Below, piece by piece: positions 58,072-64,000 of a stretch of DNA of 64,000 bases. Within the stretch, counting starts at the first letter, position 1. Every line of letters begins with the position of its first letter. The position numbers were made by a program, and so were the translations under genes. The notes under the pieces were generated by a model. It saw nothing but the letters and a program-made list of their open reading frames with translations. It was not told the DNA's origin and did not search any database. The stretch comes from Candidatus Bathyarchaeota archaeon (GTDB taxonomy: Archaea; Thermoproteota; Bathyarchaeia; Bathyarchaeales; Bathycorpusculaceae), in contig OY970280.1 in NCBI GenBank assembly GCA_963715865.1, positions 640,001 to 704,000 of the forward strand, written 5' to 3'.

Positions 58072-59304
58072 TCAGGCACGTTTTTTCGCGCTAACTATTG
58101 AGATAACATCTCTGTCCTTTAAGATGGCGTCTTCGCCGATTCTTCTTTTGTCTCGAGCATCGATAGCGTAGATGAAGCTTTCTCCAAGTTCTGTGTGAAT
58201 TAAGTAGGCGAACTGGCGCGCAGTCGTTCCTTTAGGTATAAGATAAGCATCTGGCAAAACTCTCCCATTATGGTCAGATAGGTGCTCCAAATCTTCCACG
58301 GGGTAAACGGTTATCATGTTTAGAAGTTTAAAGTAAGCCATGTTTATGGCGTTTTGGATACCTGTTGAACCTTTTTTTTGGAGCACTTTTTCACGTACAG
58401 CTTCCAGTGCTTTAATTTGGTTTGGGGAAAGTTTTTCTGGCTGCGTTACCTTAAAGTTACAGTCACCTGGCTTGTAATCGATTAATTGTTTTTCGGCTGC
58501 GCGTCTAAGTGCAAGTTCAGCTTCTGCAGAACATGGAATAACCATGTAATCAAGCTCCTTCATCCTCTCCAAGTTCGCCTCAGCAGTTGGCAGATCGATT
58601 TTATTGGCAACTATCAGCATGGGTTTTGATATTCGTCTTAAAGTGTCAACAAACCGGTAAAAGTCTTCGTCAGACCATGTGGTGGGTTTATCTACGTTTA
58701 AGTTCGCCCTTTTGATGGCCTCAGCGACATGTTGACGTCTTATGCCTAAACCTGTTAAACGCTCTTCAAGGGGTACGGCAACGCCCTTTTTATCTGCTTC
58801 CGCTGTCCTGGCGATTTTCGGCCAATCTTTCTTAAGTATGGTTACCATCCACATTGTTATTTCATGTTCAAGAAACTTAACATCCTCAAGCGGGTCATGC
58901 TCGCCCGGTTTACAAACACGCCCTTCGCAGTCTGTTCCGCCTGAAGCGTCAACTATGTGGATAAGCGCGTCTGCTCTGCGTATTTCGTCTAGAAACTGGT
59001 TGCCTAAGCCGCGTCCTTCCCATGCGCCTGGAACAAGCCCAGCAATGTCGATTAATTCTACGGGAACAAGCCTTACACCATCTAGGCAAAGTGAATTTTT
59101 CGGGTTATCTTTTACTTTGAATTCCTCATGGACGCAGGGTGTGCGTACGTAGCCGACTCCCCTATTCGGCTTAATCGTCGTGAACGGGTAATTGGCTATT
59201 TCTGCTGCTACCAAGGTTGCGGCGCTGAAGAATGTGGATTTTCCCGTGTTAGGCTTTCCAATTACTCCAAGTAATCGCGAATAAGACCTTTGCATGAAAG
59301 ACAC
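58072..59304 (-). CDS. ychF: YchF/OLA1-family ATPase (Obg family) with TGS domain
   Basis: GKPNTGKST, NYPFTTIKPN, DIAGLVPGA..G.GLGNQFLD and NKID motifs. Confidence 0.94.
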   Translation of the reverse strand: MSFMQRSYSRLLGVIGKPNTGKSTFFSAATLVAAEIANYPFTTIKPNRGVGYVRTPCVHEEFKVKDNPKNSLCLDGVRLVPVELIDIAGLVPGAWEGRGLGNQFLDEIRRADALIHIVDASGGTDCEGRVCKPGEHDPLEDVKFLEHEITMWMVTILKKDWPKIARTAEADKKGVAVPLEERLTGLGIRRQHVAEAIKRANLNVDKPTTWSDEDFYRFVDTLRRISKPMLIVANKIDLPTAEANLERMKELDYMVIPCSAEAELALRRAAEKQLIDYKPGDCNFKVTQPEKLSPNQIKALEAVREKVLQKKGSTGIQNAINMAYFKLLNMITVYPVEDLEHLSDHNGRVLPDAYLIPKGTTARQFAYLIHTELGESFIYAIDARDKRRIGEDAILKDRDVISIVSAKKRA

Positions 59305-59481
59305 TTCACTGTTAGATACTGTTGCTGCTTGTAGTGCTATATTATTTACGCTTCAAAAAGGGAAAGTGGTGTTGTTTTGTTGTTCAGGCGCATGAAAAAA
59401 AGCAGACACCGACATTATAATAAACAAGTTATCCATAACTTTAACACAGTTCCATGAACTAAAAAAGGGAACTGAGACAAA

Positions 59482-61920
59482 GTGAATCGAATACGCTTAT
59501 CAAAATTTTTCGTATTCCTTGTTGTTTCTTTATTTATTTTAAGCTACTTTGCACAGGTTAAAATAACAACTTCGGCTGCGCAGCCAGAGGATGAATGGGT
59601 AGCTTATCCCATGCATATTACTCAACTATCTGGCTCTTCAGATCCAACAGGTTATTCCCCAGCCCAAATAAGAGTAGCGTATGGACTACCATCTTCAGGA
59701 GGCGCAGGAACCACAATCGCGATAATTGATGCTTATTACACACAAACTATTTGGAACGATTTAGGCAACTTTTCCGCCCAATTCAATCTGCCACTTCCGA
59801 CAAGCAGCAATTTTGAGGTACACAACATGTCAACAACTCTTCGTATAGCAGACAGCAATTGGACAATGGAAACTTGTCTCGATGTTGAATGGGCTCATGC
59901 TATCGCTCCAAATGCAACAATACTGTTAGTGGAAGCTACGAATGCTTATGATAATAGCCTTTTATTAGCTATTGATTATGCTAGAAATCGACCAGATGTG
60001 GTTGCTATTTCTATGAGTTGGGGCAGTGATGAATTCTTTTGGGAGACTAACCTTGATTCACATTTTACCAGTAGTTATGGGGCAGTTTTCTTTGCGTCCT
60101 CAGGGGACAGCGGGGCAGGAGTTTGGTGGCCTTCTAGTTCACCAAATGTGGTCGCTGTTGGAGGAACTACACTTTACTTTAATCCTGATGGAACCGTAAG
60201 TTCTGAGACTGCTTGGAGCGGAAGCGGCGGCGGACCAAGCATCTATGAAGCAATACCTAACTACCAAACAAGTTATGGTCTCAACTACTCCAAACGAGCT
60301 GTCCCTGACGTTTCTTACGACGCGAATCCTTCAACAGGGTTCGCTGTGTATTGCAATTCTTTATGGTATAAGGTCGGAGGCACCAGCGCGGGAGCACCTC
60401 AATGGGCAGCAATTCACGCTCTCGGTCTCTCAGCAACAAACGCTAACCTGTATCAGAAAGCGAAATTAGCTTACTCTTCTTACTTTCGAGATATCATTTC
60501 AGGATCGAACGGAGGCTTCAATGCAACCTCAGATTACGATTACGTTACGGGGTTAGGTAGCCCATTGACATGCGATTTTAGTTCACTTACAGTTTCCCCA
60601 ACTTCAGGCCCACCCGGTGGCTTAATTACGCTTAGTGGAATAGGCTTCACAGCAGGCAGTTCCGTAAACATTTCATACTTGAATCCCTCGAATTCCACTT
60701 GGGTTCCAATAGTTAATAACTGGGCAACTGATTCTCCACGTTTCACTTACAATATGACCGCTCCAGACCTTCTACGGAACAATCCAGCAAACGACAGCCA
60801 GCCCATCTTTGACACCATCGTTTTTCGAGCCCAAGATAACAGCACCGGCAATTCATACAACACAACAATTCCATACACGGAATGGCGTAGAGGCTTAACC
60901 CGAATAGGCAACGCAGCCGCAACAGGATTGTTTGGCAACAACACAAACCTTGCTACATCGGCTTTCGTTCAAAATGGTCAATCAATAGTTGTTGCGGGTA
61001 AATGGTTTAGCCCTGGCACTGCATCTTTGCTGTGGGACGGCACAATAGACTTGGGTACAGTGACAACAGACGGAACTGGACTCTTAAACGCAACAGTTGT
61101 AGTGCCAACCACGTCTGCAGGGCAGCATACGCTTACTATAAACGATGGAGTCTCAAACTTTTGCGTAAACCTAACTCGTTTGCCAACAGTAACCAATGAT
61201 TACGATGGTTTATGGCATGTAACAGATTTTCTCATAAATTTAACCCCGGACTACAACGTTAACGAAACATTTTACTCAATAAACAATGGATCCGTCTGCA
61301 ACGTTACCGTTAATGGGCAGCCAGTCATTACTACTGAAGGTAGCAATAACACGCTCGAATGCTGGAGCACATGGGACATTTACGGAACAGGCACCATGGA
61401 GCTTCCACATGTGACCTTAACGGGAATTGAACTGGACAAAACAGCTCCAACAGGTTCTATAACAACGAGCAGCAATCATGTTGACACGACTATAATCACG
61501 CTCAGTTTATATGCAACCGACAGCGTTTCAGGGGTTGCACAGATGCGTTTCTCTAACGGTAACGATGAATGGTCAAGTTGGGAGCCATACGCTACTTCAA
61601 AAACTTGGACCTTACAAAACGGTGATGGCCAAAAAACCGTAACCGTTCAATACATGGATAACGCAGGCTTAATCTCCTCGCAATATAGTTGCACAGTAAT
61701 TCTTGACACTTCGGAAACTTCAAACCCATCACTAGCAACCTCAAGTCCTTCGTCTACTCCAACTCCTTCGCCTGCTCCAAGCAATTCACCATCTCCTGAG
61801 CCTTCGGCAACACCTGAAATTCCAGAGTTAAGCGTTCAAATGATTCTTGTCCTGCTTGCTGTGTCAACCCTTTCGCTCGCGGTTGCATACAAAAGAAAAG
61901 CGCCAAAAAATCAATGCTAA
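59482..61920 (+). CDS. S53 (sedolisin-like) serine protease, surface-anchored
   Basis: ETCLDVE (Glu/Asp), SSGDSG (oxyanion Asp) and GGTSAGAP (Ser), then Ig-like domains, a Ser/Pro linker and IPEL-TM-KRK. Confidence 0.92.
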   Translation: MNRIRLSKFFVFLVVSLFILSYFAQVKITTSAAQPEDEWVAYPMHITQLSGSSDPTGYSPAQIRVAYGLPSSGGAGTTIAIIDAYYTQTIWNDLGNFSAQFNLPLPTSSNFEVHNMSTTLRIADSNWTMETCLDVEWAHAIAPNATILLVEATNAYDNSLLLAIDYARNRPDVVAISMSWGSDEFFWETNLDSHFTSSYGAVFFASSGDSGAGVWWPSSSPNVVAVGGTTLYFNPDGTVSSETAWSGSGGGPSIYEAIPNYQTSYGLNYSKRAVPDVSYDANPSTGFAVYCNSLWYKVGGTSAGAPQWAAIHALGLSATNANLYQKAKLAYSSYFRDIISGSNGGFNATSDYDYVTGLGSPLTCDFSSLTVSPTSGPPGGLITLSGIGFTAGSSVNISYLNPSNSTWVPIVNNWATDSPRFTYNMTAPDLLRNNPANDSQPIFDTIVFRAQDNSTGNSYNTTIPYTEWRRGLTRIGNAAATGLFGNNTNLATSAFVQNGQSIVVAGKWFSPGTASLLWDGTIDLGTVTTDGTGLLNATVVVPTTSAGQHTLTINDGVSNFCVNLTRLPTVTNDYDGLWHVTDFLINLTPDYNVNETFYSINNGSVCNVTVNGQPVITTEGSNNTLECWSTWDIYGTGTMELPHVTLTGIELDKTAPTGSITTSSNHVDTTIITLSLYATDSVSGVAQMRFSNGNDEWSSWEPYATSKTWTLQNGDGQKTVTVQYMDNAGLISSQYSCTVILDTSETSNPSLATSSPSSTPTPSPAPSNSPSPEPSATPEIPELSVQMILVLLAVSTLSLAVAYKRKAPKNQC

Positions 61921-62001
61921 CTCGCCATCCCTGATTGAAAAAACCTCAAGGTTTTGTTGCTGATAGGTTTTTAAGGCTGAGCAATTTAGTTTTTCTGATA
62001 G

Positions 62002-62676
62002 GTGTTTCGCATGAAAATTGTCGATGGAATTTATCAAGTAGACGGAATCAACGGCAACGTGTACCTTCTTGAGGATGGAGAGAAGCTTATTTTAATTGAT
62101 ACTGGCTTGCCTCGGAGCCACAAGAAAATAGTAAAGTATATCGAAAGTCTAGGTCGCAAGCCAACAGACGTTTCCATAATCGTGTTAACTCACTTTCACA
62201 TTGACCATGTTGGAAGCGCCAAGAAAATGAAGGAACTCACCGATGCCAAGGTAGCTGTTCACGAGTTTGATGCAGATATTGTTGCTGGAAAGAAGGCGCC
62301 GCCTAAACCTAAGAATTTGATGTTTAGAGCATTTAGTTCAGTTGTTAAACCTGCACCAGTTGAGCCTGACTTACTTCTGAAAGAATACGATAAAGTTGGA
62401 AGGTTAAATGTTATTCTAACAAGTGGGCATTCTGAAGGAAGCATTTCACTTTTAGATACTGAAAGAAAAGTCATGTTTGTCGGCGATGCCCTTAGGTTTG
62501 TAGATGGCAAGATTACGGCTCCACCTGAGCAGTTTACGTTAGATGCCGATAAAGCAAGGGACTCTATAGGAAAAATTTCAACTTTTGATTTTGATGTTAT
62601 GCTTAGTGGGCATGGCCAACCGTTGATGCCTGACGCGTCGCAAAAAGTGAAGGATTTTTATGCTAGTTTGAAGTAG
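62002..62676 (+). CDS. MBL-fold metallo-hydrolase
   Basis: LIDTG, THFHIDHVG, GHSEG, VGDA and GHG motifs. Confidence 0.92.
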   Translation: MFRMKIVDGIYQVDGINGNVYLLEDGEKLILIDTGLPRSHKKIVKYIESLGRKPTDVSIIVLTHFHIDHVGSAKKMKELTDAKVAVHEFDADIVAGKKAPPKPKNLMFRAFSSVVKPAPVEPDLLLKEYDKVGRLNVILTSGHSEGSISLLDTERKVMFVGDALRFVDGKITAPPEQFTLDADKARDSIGKISTFDFDVMLSGHGQPLMPDASQKVKDFYASLK

Positions 62677-64000
62677 CAGTCTTTGCTGAACCGTTTTCTA
62701 AGCACCCGTTTTCAGAATAAACGTATTTTTTACCTCTAAGCGCTGAGAATACTGCTGCGGCGAAACATAGTATTGCTGCAATTATGAAGGCTTGTGTTAG
62801 CGCTGTCATGAATGGCGAAGCAATAGCATTCGGGAAGAAGGTTTGACCCTCCAAAACAGTTAGCGTGTGCTGTGGCAAGCTTGCAGCTACAGTTGGACCC
62901 ATACCTTGAAGTAACGTGCCTATAGGATTGTAGCCGAGGAAAGCAGCGAAAAGTGCGCCTGAAGCAGGCGTATGACTGAATGCTGCTGCAATTTGCGTTG
63001 GAGCACCTGCGCTGGCTACTGATGTTGCAAGTGCTGCTGGTAGGGTGGCATTTAATGATATTATGATTATGGCGAAGAATATTGCTTGGCTGATGGTTTG
63101 TCCACAGTTCTGAAGTGTTGCCCGCATGCCTGATGCAGCGCCTCTGTGTTCTGACGGACAAGAATTCATTACTGAAGCCATGTTTGGTGACATGAAAATG
63201 CCGTTGCCTATGCCCATGACTAAAAGTATTATTGCAAAGGGCAAATAATCAAAGTTAGCAGGCAACAGAGTGAACGCTAAGAATGTGATGCCTGTAATTA
63301 TCATGCCAGCCGTCGCCAGCACTCTTGCGCCATGCTTGTCAGATAGCCAACCGCTCAAGGGGCCAGTGAGGGCTATGCCTATTGACATTGGAATCATGAA
63401 TATTCCAGCCCAGAACGGTGCTGAGTCGTAGCTGAAACCGTGAAGAGGAAGCCATATGCCCTGCAAGAGCACTATGAGCATTATCATTATTCCGCCTCTT
63501 GAAATCGCACTTAGAAAAGTGGCGATGTTGGCTGTGGCGAACATTCGGTTTTTGAAAAGGTCAAGCTTAAACATTGGGTCAGGCACATGGCGTTCAATGA
63601 ATGGAAACGCTACCAGCAGTGCCGCTCCGGATACAAATGAAGCTATTACCCATGGGTTGCTCCAGCCCATCGGTGAATTACCGTATGGTATTAACCCGTA
63701 AGTTATGCCTAGCAAAATCAGGGTTAAGCCTGCACCGAAGGAAATGTTGCCCCAAACATCTAATTTCTGCTTTTTCCTTACGATATGTTGTTCTTTCAGT
63801 TTCCAGTATGACCATATTGTTCCGATGACTCCTACTGGAACGCTGACTAAAAAGACTAAGCGCCAATCAAAAACAGCCAGGATGCCGCCTAAAACTAGGC
63901 CAATAAGTGAACCTGCCAAGAAAGCTAACTGGTTTATTCCTAATGCTTTGCCACGTTCGTTTTCTGGGAAAGCGTCAGTTATTATTGCAGCGCTGTTTGA
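62663..64000 (-). CDS. MFS transporter, DHA2-like (5'-truncated by window edge)
   Basis: Frame is open to base 64000. AIITDAFPENERGKALG, WRLVFLV, GWLSDKHGAR and many TM segments. Confidence 0.93.
   Translation of the reverse strand, partial: SNSAAIITDAFPENERGKALGINQLAFLAGSLIGLVLGGILAVFDWRLVFLVSVPVGVIGTIWSYWKLKEQHIVRKKQKLDVWGNISFGAGLTLILLGITYGLIPYGNSPMGWSNPWVIASFVSGAALLVAFPFIERHVPDPMFKLDLFKNRMFATANIATFLSAISRGGIMIMLIVLLQGIWLPLHGFSYDSAPFWAGIFMIPMSIGIALTGPLSGWLSDKHGARVLATAGMIITGITFLAFTLLPANFDYLPFAIILLVMGIGNGIFMSPNMASVMNSCPSEHRGAASGMRATLQNCGQTISQAIFFAIIIISLNATLPAALATSVASAGAPTQIAAAFSHTPASGALFAAFLGYNPIGTLLQGMGPTVAASLPQHTLTVLEGQTFFPNAIASPFMTALTQAFIIAAILCFAAAVFSALRGKKYVYSENGCLENGSAKTATSN

Overview
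Archaeal genomic window, most likely Bathyarchaeia (inferred from gene content: aIF-1A/RIO1/KH cluster, DUF424/aIF-2beta, DUF373/UppS, expanded archaeal wHTH family). It contains no complete tRNA, rRNA or CRISPR array. Layout: (1) 1-6.5 kb, ion/pH homeostasis genes (CLC, P3A H+-ATPase, CPA1 antiporter). (2) 7-12.5 kb, small accessory genes with wHTH regulators and a 45-bp direct-repeat pair. (3) 12.6-25.3 kb, a surface-glycan cluster (radical SAM with a probable auxiliary Fe-S cluster, aminotransferase, GT2, 3 GT4, epimerase, GT-C-like protein, lyase-like protein, FkbM) that begins inside a truncated older aminotransferase gene. (4) 26.7-34 kb, a decayed mobile region: two homologous ~175-bp hairpin units, microproteins, and a ~5-kb segment bounded by 102-bp inverted ends that each carry three identically spaced ~18-bp repeats; the segment encodes an HTH regulator coupled to a membrane-anchored beta-propeller/beta-helix protein. 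(5) 34-64 kb, mostly core genes (translation/ribosome biogenesis, MsrA, MobA, MinD-like ATPase plus wHTH, SdhAB with AspA/FumC, UppS, YchF, S53 protease, MFS). Nine gene fragments are scattered through the window. The strongest leads are the inverted-end element with its regulator/sensor pair, the twin hairpin units, and the radical SAM sugar-modifying pair. All family assignments come from recalled motifs; no database search was run.
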